Part shown: piece after piece, positions 19,795 through 30,080 of the stretch | Layout of the letters: every line of letters begins with the position of its first letter | How positions within the stretch are numbered: position 1 is the stretch's first letter | Assembly (NCBI GenBank): GCA_963794325.1 | Contig: CAWCDG010000004.1 | Span: 1,216,001 to 1,280,000, forward strand | Length of the DNA stretch: 64,000 bases | Origin: an uncultured delta proteobacterium | GTDB taxonomy: Bacteria > Desulfobacterota > Binatia > Binatales > Binataceae | Direction: 5' to 3' | The notes under the pieces: generated by a model | Seen by the model: only the letters and a program-made list of their open reading frames with translations | Database searches by the model: none | What the model was told of the DNA's origin: nothing | Translations under genes and position numbers: made by a program

Positions 19795-20805
19795 TTACTT
19801 GAAGCGCGGCAGGACTTCAGTCCCGAATCGATCCAGCGACCGGCGCGCCTTGCCCGGATCGAGTCCCGGTAATTGCGTCACGACGATAAGCTCGGTCATC
19901 GGAGTTGATTCGAGTATTTCATCGAGCCGTGCGGCCACCTCCGACGCGGTTCCCAGCACGCTGGTGCGTCTTAGTCGCTCAGCGTCGGGACGAATCAGCA
20001 CCTTGCTCTGGTCGGTGGTGCCGGCCGCCGCGGAGAGCCATTTGCCGTAAAGCTCGGCTTGGTACATCAGCGCGTCGCGGGTATCGCGCCACGCCTGCTC
20101 CTCGCTGTCGGCGATGTAGACTACGCGGCTGTTGACGATACTGTAGCGCGCACAGTCCTTGCCGGCGGCCGCGAGCGCCTCGAGATAGATGCCGATTTCC
20201 CTGCGCCCGCCGACACATGCAAATCCGAGATCGAGCGCGGCTGCCCGCCGAATCGCCTTCGACGCACCTGCTCCCCACAGTAGTTCTGGATGCGGCTGAC
20301 TCGCCGGTCGTGGCAGCACGCGCACGTCTCGGAACTTAAAGTACTTGCCGTCAAAACTGAATCGCTCTCCAGTCCATGCGAGCTTCAGAATCTCGATAGT
20401 CTCGAGGGTGCGGCCAAGTCGCTGGGCGCGCGGCACGCCGAAACCCTCAAATTCCTCGGCACGATAGCCGAGACCAATTCCAAGACGCAAGCGGCCGCCC
20501 GAGAGTACATCGACGAACGCGGCGTCCTCGGCCAGCTTCAATGGATGAAAGAACGGCGCCAGCAGCACGTAGGTGCCGATGGTGACGCGGGTCGTGCGCG
20601 CCGCGATCGCCGCAGCCGCGGGCATCAGCGCGGGCAGGTAGCCGTCGTCGGTAAAGTGATGCTCGGTAAGCCAGATGGAATCGAAACCCAGTTGCTCGGC
20701 GGCCTCAACCTGCGCGAGCGACTCGCGGTAAAGGTCGCGAAACGAGATCGTCGAGCCGGGAGGATTTCGAAAATCGAGCTGGTAGCCAACTTTCACCTTG
20801 CGCAC
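19795..20805 (-). CDS. LLM-class flavin-dependent oxidoreductase
   Basis: AEQLGFDSIWLTEHHF, HPLKLAED..D.LSGGRL.LG.G.GYR..EF. Confidence 0.92.
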   Translation of the reverse strand: MRKVKVGYQLDFRNPPGSTISFRDLYRESLAQVEAAEQLGFDSIWLTEHHFTDDGYLPALMPAAAAIAARTTRVTIGTYVLLAPFFHPLKLAEDAAFVDVLSGGRLRLGIGLGYRAEEFEGFGVPRAQRLGRTLETIEILKLAWTGERFSFDGKYFKFRDVRVLPRPASQPHPELLWGAGASKAIRRAAALDLGFACVGGRREIGIYLEALAAAGKDCARYSIVNSRVVYIADSEEQAWRDTRDALMYQAELYGKWLSAAAGTTDQSKVLIRPDAERLRRTSVLGTASEVAARLDEILESTPMTELIVVTQLPGLDPGKARRSLDRFGTEVLPRFK

Positions 20806-20824
20806 GACTCACCTCATGGCTGCT

Positions 20825-21604
20825 TCAGCGGGCGGCGAGGCCGCCGTCGACGATCAGTTCGGTGCCGGTGATGTAGGACGCGTCGCCGGACAGGAGAAAG
20901 ACGATCGCATTTGCGATTTCCCACGGCGTGCCCTGCCGGCGCATCGGGATTCGCGGGGCGACAGTGCTCTCGCGGTCGCCGACCAGCCGCCGCACCATCG
21001 AGGAGTCGACGAGCCCGGGCAGGATCGTGTTGACGCGGATATTGTCGCGCGCATGCGAGACCGCGGCCGATCGCGAGAGTCCGAGAAGCGCGGCCTTGGT
21101 CGCCTCGTAGGAAATCTGAGTGTTGCTGCGGAGCGCGGCTAGCGACGAAACGTTCACGATCGAGCCGCCGCCGGCTTTCGCGATCTCGGGCACCGCATAA
21201 CGCATCATCAGAAAATGGCTGCGGAGATTGACCGCGAACATCTTGTCGAAGTCCTCAGTCGAGGTCTTCAGCAGATTGCCGCCGATTGCGATGCCGACGT
21301 TGTTGACGAGCAGATGGAGCGCGGAGAATGCGCGCGTGGTGGCTTCGACGGCGCCGCGGCATTGATCCTCGATGCTAACGTCGGCGGCGACCGCCTCGGC
21401 ACGCCCGCCTTCGTCGCGAATCGCAGCGGCGGTCTGCTGAGCGAGCTCGAGCGAGCGATCGGCGACCATCACGGCCGCGCCTTCGCGTGCGCACATGATT
21501 GCGGTGGCGCGCCCATTGCCGATCGAGAGTTTGTCGCCGGCCTTCGCCGGTCCGTCCGCGCCGCCTCCGACGATCAATGCTACTTTCCCAGTCAGCCGAG
21601 CCAT
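20825..21604 (-). CDS. Short-chain dehydrogenase/reductase
   Basis: NNVG, YEATK catalytic motif, IRVN.ILPG, YITG.EL.VDGG. Confidence 0.92.
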   Translation of the reverse strand: MARLTGKVALIVGGGADGPAKAGDKLSIGNGRATAIMCAREGAAVMVADRSLELAQQTAAAIRDEGGRAEAVAADVSIEDQCRGAVEATTRAFSALHLLVNNVGIAIGGNLLKTSTEDFDKMFAVNLRSHFLMMRYAVPEIAKAGGGSIVNVSSLAALRSNTQISYEATKAALLGLSRSAAVSHARDNIRVNTILPGLVDSSMVRRLVGDRESTVAPRIPMRRQGTPWEIANAIVFLLSGDASYITGTELIVDGGLAAR

Positions 21605-21648
21605 GATTTGCCTCCTGAGGATCGAGTGTTCAACTGGCTACGCGCGCG

Positions 21649-22026
21649 CTATTTGATCTCTTCGTCCGGTTCCTGGCAGAAGCATCCAGGGCGCATCCAT
21701 CCCACACATTTGAAACCGGGCCCTTGCGGCGTGCACTTGGGCTTCTTGACCTGCGTGTGAAGGAAGGTACAAGTTTCGGATTCGCTTTCTTCGCAATCGA
21801 GTTTGTCACAATCCGGCTTCGCCGCCGCGATCTTCTTGGCAAGATCGTTATCGTATGCCGTCTCCGCGTTCGCCTGACTGTCGCCGATTCCCTTTACCTG
21901 CACCTTCTTGAAAAAGCGGTTCGGACATTTTGCGCCCGCATGCGCTACCGAGGCGCTCGTCGCGGTTATCAGGATCGCGAGTGCCAAGGCGGCAGTCCGA
22001 AATCTAAAACGAGTGGATGCTGTCAT
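21649..22026 (-). CDS. Small secreted Cys-rich protein (8 Cys)
   Basis: Signal peptide ending AHA; eight Cys in ~95 mature residues. Confidence 0.7.
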   Translation of the reverse strand: MTASTRFRFRTAALALAILITATSASVAHAGAKCPNRFFKKVQVKGIGDSQANAETAYDNDLAKKIAAAKPDCDKLDCEESESETCTFLHTQVKKPKCTPQGPGFKCVGWMRPGCFCQEPDEEIK

Positions 22027-22047
22027 AGCCGAAGCACCTCGCTTTGC

Positions 22048-23034
22048 TTATTCCGCGGTGGGTCGCGCGGTTGGGAAGCGCCGTACGTATTGCAGGAAAC
22101 GCGCGAGCGCGCGGTCGGCGTCGATGAGCAGGCCGTCATGAAAGCGGATGGTCTTCATGATGGGCTCGTCTTCCTGGATCAGGCGGCGGAAGAACGCCTC
22201 GCCGATCTGAAGCCGTTGCTCGCGCTCAGCGTCATTGCCCTCGGAGCGCGGCGTCGCGGTGACCGACCATCCGTGGGTGCGGCCGTCGGGCGTCGGTGTT
22301 CCGGTCGCCATCGAGAGAATCGCCATGCCGTTGAGGCGTCCCGCCAGCGCGATCGTATTGGTGCCAGTCACGCGGATGCGCTGATCGAAAATGCCGAGGT
22401 TGGGATCTTCGAAGCGCACGTCGTATTGGATTCGGTAGTCGCCGACGTCGATCGCGTCAGGGTCGCATTCGATCTTTAGTCCGTGCAGCACGCGCAGATG
22501 CTGAAAGTCCATCGAGTTGGTGAACGGCACCCACGGCTCGACCGGCAGATCGAAGGCTTCGGCCGTGCGGATGTCGAGATCGGGCTCGGCGTAATCGACA
22601 AATTCGGGCACGTCGAAGAGCGGCTCGGCACCGTTGAATGCCCAGATCAATCCCCACTTTTCGGCGGTCGGGTATTTGAACATTCGAGCGGCCTTGGGAA
22701 TCTTCTCCGACGCGGGAATTTTTGTGCATCCGCCGTCGGGACCGTATTGCCAATGATGGAACGCGCATTGAATGTCGTTGCCGACGACTTTGCCCATGCT
22801 CAAGTCGGCGCCGAGATGACGGCAGTACGCGTTCATCACCACCGCCTCGCCGTTCTCGCCGCGATACGCGATTGCGCGGCCGTCGAGGAAGTCGCGGCCG
22901 ATCACTTCGCCGGCGCCGACTTCGTCGGAACGCGCGATCGCGTACCACGACTGATGGAATCCCGCCGGCTTCTTGTTACGGGTCCTGGAAGTGCGTGCGC
23001 TACGTGCGCGCGGTATTGCGGTGGTGGATGCCAT
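22048..23034 (-). CDS. Rieske non-heme iron oxygenase alpha subunit
   Basis: CRHLG..CAFHHW Rieske motif; N.MDFQHL..LH mononuclear Fe site. Confidence 0.9.
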   Translation of the reverse strand: MASTTAIPRARSARTSRTRNKKPAGFHQSWYAIARSDEVGAGEVIGRDFLDGRAIAYRGENGEAVVMNAYCRHLGADLSMGKVVGNDIQCAFHHWQYGPDGGCTKIPASEKIPKAARMFKYPTAEKWGLIWAFNGAEPLFDVPEFVDYAEPDLDIRTAEAFDLPVEPWVPFTNSMDFQHLRVLHGLKIECDPDAIDVGDYRIQYDVRFEDPNLGIFDQRIRVTGTNTIALAGRLNGMAILSMATGTPTPDGRTHGWSVTATPRSEGNDAEREQRLQIGEAFFRRLIQEDEPIMKTIRFHDGLLIDADRALARFLQYVRRFPTARPTAE

Positions 23035-23057
23035 CGTGAGTGCCTCGCAGTATTCGA

Positions 23058-23921
23058 TCAGGCGGCCGCGGATTTAGTATCGAACTTCGGAAGCTGGATG
23101 AAGAAGAGAACGCAGTCGTCCACGACTTCAAGCTCGCGCCCGGTGTCGGCGGGATCGACGCGGAACGCCGAGTGAGTATCGAGCACTTCGCCGGACGTGA
23201 CGTCGCGAATCGCGCCGCTCTCGACAAACAGCAGCTCGGGCGCGCGATGCCGGTCGACCTTGTGGCGTGAGCCGCGCGTCGCACGAATCTCGCCGATGTT
23301 CAAAGCGCGCTCGCCGAAGGTCGCCATGTGTTTCAACTCGAAGCCGGGATCGCGAGTCGCAAGCCATCCGAAGCCGTCCGGATACAGGATGATCGGATCT
23401 TCATAACGTGGCGGCGGATACTCAACGGCATGGCCGTTGACGAGTTCCCAAATCGCCTCGTAGCCGTCCTGGCGAATGAGGCGGCCGTCGGGAGTATGGC
23501 GCGTGAAGACCCCGCCGTCGAAGCGGCCGAGATCGGACAATTTCTGATAACCCGCGTTCAATTGCTGATAGCTCATGAAGCCGTAGCCGGCCGAGCCGCC
23601 CATCTGAAGCAGCAGCACGACCGACGTGCTGGTGTCGGACTGCGGGCCATAGAAGGTGCCTTCCGGAAAATAGCCGACGGTGCCGGCTCTCAGATCCTTG
23701 CCGGGCGCGTAGTTCATCGCGCCCTCGAGGCAGAAACGCACCTGGTCGAAATTGTGGCGATGGCGCGGCGTGAAATAGTCGCCGGCGGTTCGCACGATGC
23801 TCAGTTCAAAATTGTCGGGCGAGCCGGGCGTGCCCTGCAGCAGCCGCTTGAATTCGATGCGGCCCGAGCGATGCCCCGAGACCTCGCCCCATTCAACGTT
23901 TGCGCTGTGTACCGTATGCAT
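23058..23921 (-). CDS. Cupin-like hypothetical protein
   Basis: PRHRHNFDQVR, GYFPEG..YGPQ. Confidence 0.7.
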   Translation of the reverse strand: MHTVHSANVEWGEVSGHRSGRIEFKRLLQGTPGSPDNFELSIVRTAGDYFTPRHRHNFDQVRFCLEGAMNYAPGKDLRAGTVGYFPEGTFYGPQSDTSTSVVLLLQMGGSAGYGFMSYQQLNAGYQKLSDLGRFDGGVFTRHTPDGRLIRQDGYEAIWELVNGHAVEYPPPRYEDPIILYPDGFGWLATRDPGFELKHMATFGERALNIGEIRATRGSRHKVDRHRAPELLFVESGAIRDVTSGEVLDTHSAFRVDPADTGRELEVVDDCVLFFIQLPKFDTKSAAA

Positions 23922-23959
23922 AGCTGTGGGTAGCGCGGGCGTATGCGCCGCGTCAAGGA

Positions 23960-24547
23960 TTACGACGCTTGGGCAGGATGGTGCGTTTTCAGGATAGCGC
24001 CACATGCTGCGATAGCGTCGAGGACGCCGTCTGCGATTCGTCCCTCTTTCACGGTTGCCAGGAATCTGTCGACGATTTTGTTCCAGGCACCGTCTGGCGC
24101 CAGCGCATGGGTATCGTGGTCGGCGACGATCTCCACATAACGCTCGCCAAGCGACACGAACAGCAGGATTCGATGCGGTTGATTAGGATTTGCAATCACA
24201 TGCGCGTTGAATTCGCGATGGGCCAGTTGTTGGGCGCGATCATGCTTGGCGTGCTCTGGCACCAGCCGGAGGCGGAGCGGAAGCCAGTCGAGTAGTAGCG
24301 TCATTGCAATCACGAACCACAGTTGGAGCTCGATCACGGAGCGGCTCGCGATATCGGGCCGGAGCAGACTTACCAGCGCGCCGATCAGAATCGCGCCGAC
24401 GGCGGCCCACGTGACAGGATAAAGGGAATAACGATCGCTGGCGCGAGTTACGATGATGCGCATGTCGGCGGTGGTGTCGCGCTCGATTGCGGCCAACGCA
24501 GCATCGATGCGCTCGTGCTCGGCAGGTGTGAATGGACTCTTCACCAT
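23960..24547 (-). CDS. TPM domain membrane protein
   Basis: E..T..(ED)M.I, LLFVSL.ERYVEI.AD; follows the TPM/LemA genes. Confidence 0.82.
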   Translation of the reverse strand: MVKSPFTPAEHERIDAALAAIERDTTADMRIIVTRASDRYSLYPVTWAAVGAILIGALVSLLRPDIASRSVIELQLWFVIAMTLLLDWLPLRLRLVPEHAKHDRAQQLAHREFNAHVIANPNQPHRILLFVSLGERYVEIVADHDTHALAPDGAWNKIVDRFLATVKEGRIADGVLDAIAACGAILKTHHPAQAS

Positions 24548-25338
24548 CACCAGCTTCCCGAAGCGCCTCCGCCACCGAACGATCCTCCGCCGCCGGAGAA
24601 ACCGCCCCCACCGCCGCCGCGACCGCCGCCGGAAGATCCTGCTCCCCATCCGCCGGACCATCCTCCGCCGCCATAGGTCATCCAGTTGTGCGGGTCATGG
24701 CGATGACGGAACCAGGAAACCAGGAAAAATCCCCAAACGCCAAAAAATAACAGGCACCAGATGACGACTATCTCCCACGGACCCTGCCAGAACGTAAGCG
24801 GTTGCGGAGATGGTGGCGGGCTGATCGAATTCCCGCCGAGTACTTGGAGAATCGAGTTGGTACCGGCGAGGACGCCAGCGTTGAAGTCGCCGCGTTTGAA
24901 GCTTGGCAGGATATAGTTCTGAATTATCGTCGCGCTGATCGCGTCGGTGAGCGTTCCTTCGAGGCCGTAGCCGACCTCGATGCGAACCTTGTGCTCCTTG
25001 GGCGCGACGATCAGCAGCGCGCCGTTGTTGGTGCCTTTTTGTCCGATGCCCCAATGGCGGCCAAGCTGATAGCCGTAATCCTCGATGGTGTAGCCCTGGA
25101 GCGAATGCAGCGTGACCACCACGACTTGCTCGCCGGTTGCGCGCTCGTGCGCGACGAGCATGTTAGTGAGCTGGGTCTGAGTTGATGCGCTCAGGACACC
25201 CGCATCATCGACGACGCGACCCGTAAGCGGTGGAAATTTCGGTTCGGAGGCGAGAGCAGGTGACGCCAGGATCAGCAGAAGAATGAGCAGCGCCCATCGT
25301 GCGCCAGCGACATCAGTCCTTGCGCAGCGAATGGGCAT
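24547..25338 (-). CDS. TPM domain protein (YgcG-like)
   Basis: V.D.A.VL, WGIG....NG.L, RIEVGYGLEG.LTD, GGGSFGGGGASGSW tail. Confidence 0.92.
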   Translation of the reverse strand: MPIRCARTDVAGARWALLILLLILASPALASEPKFPPLTGRVVDDAGVLSASTQTQLTNMLVAHERATGEQVVVVTLHSLQGYTIEDYGYQLGRHWGIGQKGTNNGALLIVAPKEHKVRIEVGYGLEGTLTDAISATIIQNYILPSFKRGDFNAGVLAGTNSILQVLGGNSISPPPSPQPLTFWQGPWEIVVIWCLLFFGVWGFFLVSWFRHRHDPHNWMTYGGGGWSGGWGAGSSGGGRGGGGGGFSGGGGSFGGGGASGSW

Positions 25339-25943
25339 TAGAATTTGACCTGGGGCACCTGTTGAGCTTGCTCGGTGATCGTGAAAGTCTCGCGGACTTT
25401 CATGTCAGGGTAGAGGATCGATGCTACCCATCGGCCGGGAATGGTCCTGAGTGTGGTGTTGTAATTCTGCACGGCGAGAATGTAGTCGCGCCGCGCGACG
25501 GCGATGCGATTCTCGGTGCCTTCGAGCTGCGATTGAAGCGCGAGGAAATTCTGATTCGACTTGAGGTCGGGGTAGGCCTCGGCTACCGCGAGGAGACGGC
25601 CCAGCGCGCCGCTGACCGCGGCCTGATTTTGTTCGAATTGGTGAAACGCCTGCGGGTTCGACAGGATGTCCGCCGGAAGCTGCATCTGCGTCGCATGCGC
25701 GCGCGCTTCGGTGACCTGGGTCAACACCTGCTGTTCCTGGTGCGCGTAGCCTTTGACAGTCTCAACCAGGTTCGGGATAAGGTCGACGCGCCGCTGATAT
25801 TGATTCAGCACCTCGCTCCAGGCGGCCTTAACCTGCTCGTCGAGAGTCGGGATCTTGTTGACGCCGCATCCTGACAGCCCGTCGAGCACCAGCCCGAGAG
25901 TCAGCACGATAGCTAGCGCGCGAAAGTGCTTCGAGAGCATCAA
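25338..25943 (-). CDS. lemA: LemA family protein
   Basis: QYQRR.DLIPNLV.TVKGYA, EAYPDLK, LEGTENRI.VAR..Y. Confidence 0.95.
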   Translation of the reverse strand: MMLSKHFRALAIVLTLGLVLDGLSGCGVNKIPTLDEQVKAAWSEVLNQYQRRVDLIPNLVETVKGYAHQEQQVLTQVTEARAHATQMQLPADILSNPQAFHQFEQNQAAVSGALGRLLAVAEAYPDLKSNQNFLALQSQLEGTENRIAVARRDYILAVQNYNTTLRTIPGRWVASILYPDMKVRETFTITEQAQQVPQVKF

Positions 25944-25959
25944 GTTGGACGACGACGGG

Positions 25960-26487
25960 TCAGGCGCCTTCGCGGCTCTTGAAGCGATGCTGATGCGGCT
26001 CGGGCGGCATCGTCAATAGCTCGCGCGAATAGATCTCACCGAGATATTCGATCAAGTTGCGCATCGAGACCACCGCGGTCGGACGGCCGTCGTCGTCAAC
26101 CAGCGGGATGTGACGGAAACCCTCGAGCACCATCTTGCTGAGCGCGAAAGCGACATTCGCATCGGCCGGCAGCGTGAACGGATCCTCAGTCATCGACGCC
26201 GTCACAGGAGTGTGGATGAGATCGAGCGGTTGGCCGGCGACCTTCATCAGGATGTCGCGCTCGGTGAAGATGCCGATGAGCTGGTCGTTTTCCATGACCA
26301 GCACGCAGGCGCGGCGCTCCTGTTGCATCAGGTGAATCGTGTCGGCGAGGGTGGCCGATGCCGAAACTATAAGCGGCGGCTGCGATACGACCTCGCTGAG
26401 CGCAGTGTTGGCCAGCGCAGATTCAAGAACTTGGGGGCCGGGATGTTCATCGTCGAACAAGTCGCGATCGTCGTCGTCGCCAGGCAT
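25960..26487 (-). CDS. CBS domain protein
   Basis: GIFTERD, FRHIPLVD. Confidence 0.9.
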   Translation of the reverse strand: MPGDDDDRDLFDDEHPGPQVLESALANTALSEVVSQPPLIVSASATLADTIHLMQQERRACVLVMENDQLIGIFTERDILMKVAGQPLDLIHTPVTASMTEDPFTLPADANVAFALSKMVLEGFRHIPLVDDDGRPTAVVSMRNLIEYLGEIYSRELLTMPPEPHQHRFKSREGA

Positions 26488-26593
26488 GTCTCAGCCCTCC
26501 TGTTCCTTGGTCTGGAATCAGACAGCCTAGGCCGTTGTCAGATTTAGATCAAAGGGAACCTACCAGGCGCCGTCGCGCTGATTTGGGAGCCGG

Positions 26594-27199
26594 CTAGCCG
26601 GATGCGACGATCATTTCCTCGACGTCGCGCAGGCGATCCTTGCCGAAGAAGATCTCATTGCCAACGTAAAAGGTCGGTGAGCCAAAGGTGCCGCGCTCGA
26701 CCGAGCGATTGGTGTTCTCGATCAGTTCGTCCTTTACCGGCCTGGTTTCGATGAGCTCGAGGATTTTCGCGGTCGGCAGCCGCGCGTCGTCCAACGCGGT
26801 GCGGTACAGGTTGGGGTCGTCCATCTTTTTGGGATCAGCCCACATGTTCCGGTACATCTCGTCCACGTAGCGCTCGAACACGGCGAGCGACCGCGCGGCG
26901 ATCGCTCCCCGCATCATCATCAGGGTATTCACGGGGAAGAAAGGATTGCTCTGAAAGCGGGTAATCCCGTGACGCTTGATGAAGCGCTGCATCTCGAGCC
27001 GCTCATACTCGGGCTTGTTCTTGATGCCTGCCAGACTTTGCGCGGGCGAGCGATTGTTGGTCATCTTGAAAACGCCGCCGAGCAGCACGGGTACGTATTC
27101 GAACTTCACGCCGGTGCGTTTTTCTATTTCAGGAATGACGAGATGACTAAGATAGGCGTTGGGGCTGCCGAAGTCGAAATGAAATTCTACCTTGACCAT
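26594..27199 (-). CDS. 2-hydroxychromene-2-carboxylate isomerase / kappa-GST (DsbA family)
   Basis: FDFGSPNAY, PVLLGG, G.FGSPTF, FFGKDRL. Confidence 0.92.
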   Translation of the reverse strand: MVKVEFHFDFGSPNAYLSHLVIPEIEKRTGVKFEYVPVLLGGVFKMTNNRSPAQSLAGIKNKPEYERLEMQRFIKRHGITRFQSNPFFPVNTLMMMRGAIAARSLAVFERYVDEMYRNMWADPKKMDDPNLYRTALDDARLPTAKILELIETRPVKDELIENTNRSVERGTFGSPTFYVGNEIFFGKDRLRDVEEMIVASG

Positions 27200-27203
27200 G
27201 GCG

Positions 27204-27947
27204 TCACCATTTTTCTCCGAACGGACGGATTTCCAGCTCGAAGGTCCACGCGTCGCGCGGCTGCTGATAGAGCTGCCAGTAAGTCTCGGCGACGGCGGCC
27301 GGCCTCATGAGGCGGGCTGGATCGAGGTTCTTCATCGCCTCGTCGCCTTCGCGTTCCCTGATTCGATCGCGCACCCATGCGGTATCGACGCCGGCGTCGA
27401 TTATGAGATGCGCGACGTGGATATTCTTCGGGCCGAGTTCGCGCGCTGCGCTTTGCGCAACCGCGCGCAAGCCGAATTTCGCAGCCGCGAAGGCGGCGTA
27501 TCCAACCCCGCCGCGCAAGCTAGCGGTCGCGCCCGTGAAGAAAATCGCGCCGCGACCGCGCGGCACCATCAGGCGCGCCGCCTCCCTGCCCGCGATGAAT
27601 CCCGAATAGCAGGCCATCTCCCACACCTTGCGGAAGACGCGGTCGGTAGTCTCGAGCAATGGAAAGTTGACGTTCGCGCCAATATTGAAGATGCACACTT
27701 CGAGCGGCGCGTGCTTGTCGGCGTCATTGAGAAAGGCGGTCAGATCATCTTCCTTGCGTGCGTCGAGCGAGCGCGCGGAGATTCTGCCGCCATTCGCTTC
27801 CACCTCGGCGACCAATGGAGCGAGCTTGTCGCCCTGGCGTCGTCCGGCGAAAACGGTGAAGCCTTCCGCCGCGAATTTCTTCGCGATTGAGCCGCCGATG
27901 TAGTCGCCAGCTCCGATCACTGCCGCAGTGGCATTTCTGCGTTCCAA
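27204..27947 (-). CDS. SDR with FxxxK active site
   Basis: GAGDYIG, TGATASLRG, FAAAKF, IHVAH.IID. Confidence 0.9.
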   Translation of the reverse strand: MERRNATAAVIGAGDYIGGSIAKKFAAEGFTVFAGRRQGDKLAPLVAEVEANGGRISARSLDARKEDDLTAFLNDADKHAPLEVCIFNIGANVNFPLLETTDRVFRKVWEMACYSGFIAGREAARLMVPRGRGAIFFTGATASLRGGVGYAAFAAAKFGLRAVAQSAARELGPKNIHVAHLIIDAGVDTAWVRDRIREREGDEAMKNLDPARLMRPAAVAETYWQLYQQPRDAWTFELEIRPFGEKW

Positions 27948-27959
27948 GGGAATACCTCC

Positions 27960-28568
27960 TCACGTCGGGGAACGGCGAACGGCTCTGCGTGATGTGCTGC
28001 GCTTGATCACTCGCTTCGCCGTGCTCTTCAAGATCAAATCTGAAAGTTGCTCATCATTGACCGCACGCGCGAGAATCAGCGCACCGGCCATCGAAGCGAA
28101 GGTGGCGATCGCGTCTTCGTAGCGGCCATCCTTGCCGTCATCGGGCATCAGCCGCGACAGGAATTCGAGGTCGTCCTTTATCTCGGTCGTGAAAGCCTGG
28201 CGAACGCGACGCGGCTGCCGGGCGATGTCGGTACCAAGCGCGGCGAGCACGCACCCGGTGCCGGGCGCGTCGCGATGCGCGCGCGAGAGGTAACCGTCGA
28301 CGATCGCGGGGAGCGCCCGCATCCCGGGGTTGCGTTCCAACGCACGCTGCCAGACGCGCTTGCCGCGAGTCAGCGCGAAACGAATTGCCTCGGCCGCGAT
28401 AACTTCCTTGGAGCCGAACTGGCTGTAGAGCCCGCCGTGAGTGAGGCCGGCGTCTTTGGTGATCGCGTCAACGCCGGTCGCGGCGATGCCATGCTCGCGG
28501 AACAAACGCGCGGCCGAAGCCAGGATACGTTCGCGGTTCTGTGCGGCCTTCTGTTTAGAAACTCGCAT
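27960..28568 (-). CDS. TetR family regulator
   Basis: AARLFREHG...TGVD.I...AGLTHGGLY..F.SK. Confidence 0.93.
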   Translation of the reverse strand: MRVSKQKAAQNRERILASAARLFREHGIAATGVDAITKDAGLTHGGLYSQFGSKEVIAAEAIRFALTRGKRVWQRALERNPGMRALPAIVDGYLSRAHRDAPGTGCVLAALGTDIARQPRRVRQAFTTEIKDDLEFLSRLMPDDGKDGRYEDAIATFASMAGALILARAVNDEQLSDLILKSTAKRVIKRSTSRRAVRRSPT

Positions 28569-28667
28569 CAATCTCTTCCAATTCGATTGTTGGTGCTTGA
28601 CTCATATGATTACGAGCGTCATTAATATGCCAAACATGGCGGGCGTCATCAATAGGTGGTTTGAGCA

Positions 28668-29393
28668 ATGAGCGACTCGGTAAAATCGGACAAGGTGTGC
28701 GTCGTGGTCGGGGTCGGCGAAGGTCTTGGCGCTGCGCTGGCGGTGCGCTTCGCGGCGGGATACAAGGTTGCGCTGATCGCCAGGAGTCCCGAGGTTATCG
28801 AAAAAACCGCCGGCGAGATAAAGTCGGCTGGAGGTGTCGCGCTTCCAGTCCAGAGTGATGCAACAATCGAAGGGGAGATTGCGCAGGCTTACGATCGGAT
28901 CAAGCGCGAACTCGGGCCGGTCGAGATTCTAATATACAACGGCGGGCGGCGTCCGATGGGGCGGCTGATGGATACGACTCCCAAGGTATTCGAGGAGACG
29001 TGGAGACTGCATACCTTCGGCGCATTCCTGTGGGCGCGGCAGGTGGTGCCTGAGATGCTCTCGCGCGGCAGCGGCACGATTCTGATTACCGGCGCGACGG
29101 CGGGGGTCAGGCCGTGGCCGACCTCGGCGGGCTTTGCGCCGGCCAAGTTTGCGGTGCGAGGCCTGGCCGAAGTGATGTCGCGCGACCTGCATCCACAGGG
29201 AATCCACGTGGCATACGTGAACGTCGATGGCGGAATCGATATGCCGCTGCTCAGGAAGTTTCGGCCGGATTCGAAGGATGAAGACTTTCTCAAACCGCCG
29301 GCGATTGCCGACGCGTTCTGGTATTTGGCGCATCAGGATCGGAGTACGTGGAGTCACGAACTCGATATCAGGCCGTTCAAAGAAAAGTTCTAA
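28668..29393 (+). CDS. SDR with FxxxK active site
   Basis: GVGEGLG, TGATA, FAPAKF, W..ELDIRP. Confidence 0.9.
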   Translation: MSDSVKSDKVCVVVGVGEGLGAALAVRFAAGYKVALIARSPEVIEKTAGEIKSAGGVALPVQSDATIEGEIAQAYDRIKRELGPVEILIYNGGRRPMGRLMDTTPKVFEETWRLHTFGAFLWARQVVPEMLSRGSGTILITGATAGVRPWPTSAGFAPAKFAVRGLAEVMSRDLHPQGIHVAYVNVDGGIDMPLLRKFRPDSKDEDFLKPPAIADAFWYLAHQDRSTWSHELDIRPFKEKF

Positions 29394-29416
29394 GCAGAGG
29401 GCCGCGAACCAAGTCT

Positions 29417-30058
29417 ATGGCGAACGATCTAACTCTATGGGGAGTCGGGACCAGCCGCACGATGCGGCCTCATTGGATGCTGCTGGAATTAGGCCTGGAG
29501 TATGAGTTCCATGCGATAGGATCGCGGACCGGCGAGACGCGGACCGACGAGTTTATGCGCATCAATCCAAGGCATAAGATTCCAGTCCTTCGTCATGGGT
29601 CTTTTGTAGTGACCGAGAGCGCAGCGATTATCCAGTATCTTAGCGAAACCTTCACCGAGCCTGGATTGATAGCCGTACCGCGCGACGCTGAGACGCGGGC
29701 CGCGTTGAATGAGTGGTGCTATTTTATCGCGACGGAGCTGGATGCGGGCTCGCTCTATGTTATGCGACGCCATGTAGGTCTCGAGCACATCTATGGCGCG
29801 GCGCCGCAGGCGGTTGAAGCCGCCAGAAATTATTTCATGGAGAATGCGGAAGCGATGGCGCCGAGGATTGCGAAGTCGGGGCAATATCTTATGGGTGAGC
29901 AATTCAGTGTCGCCGATATCCTTTTGATGACATGCCTGGATTGGGCGGTTACGGACCGAATACCGTTGTCCGACACCTTGCATGCGTATCGCTCACGGGT
30001 AGCTAAACGGCCGGCCTATCATAAGGCGCTAGAGAGAAATTTTCCAGCAAGAGGTTAG
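29417..30058 (+). CDS. Glutathione S-transferase
   Basis: SR..R..W.L.ELG, INP..KIP.L, ESAAI..YL, FSVADI. Confidence 0.92.
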   Translation: MANDLTLWGVGTSRTMRPHWMLLELGLEYEFHAIGSRTGETRTDEFMRINPRHKIPVLRHGSFVVTESAAIIQYLSETFTEPGLIAVPRDAETRAALNEWCYFIATELDAGSLYVMRRHVGLEHIYGAAPQAVEAARNYFMENAEAMAPRIAKSGQYLMGEQFSVADILLMTCLDWAVTDRIPLSDTLHAYRSRVAKRPAYHKALERNFPARG

Positions 30059-30080
30059 CCTCGGACTTAGGAGCGACGGT

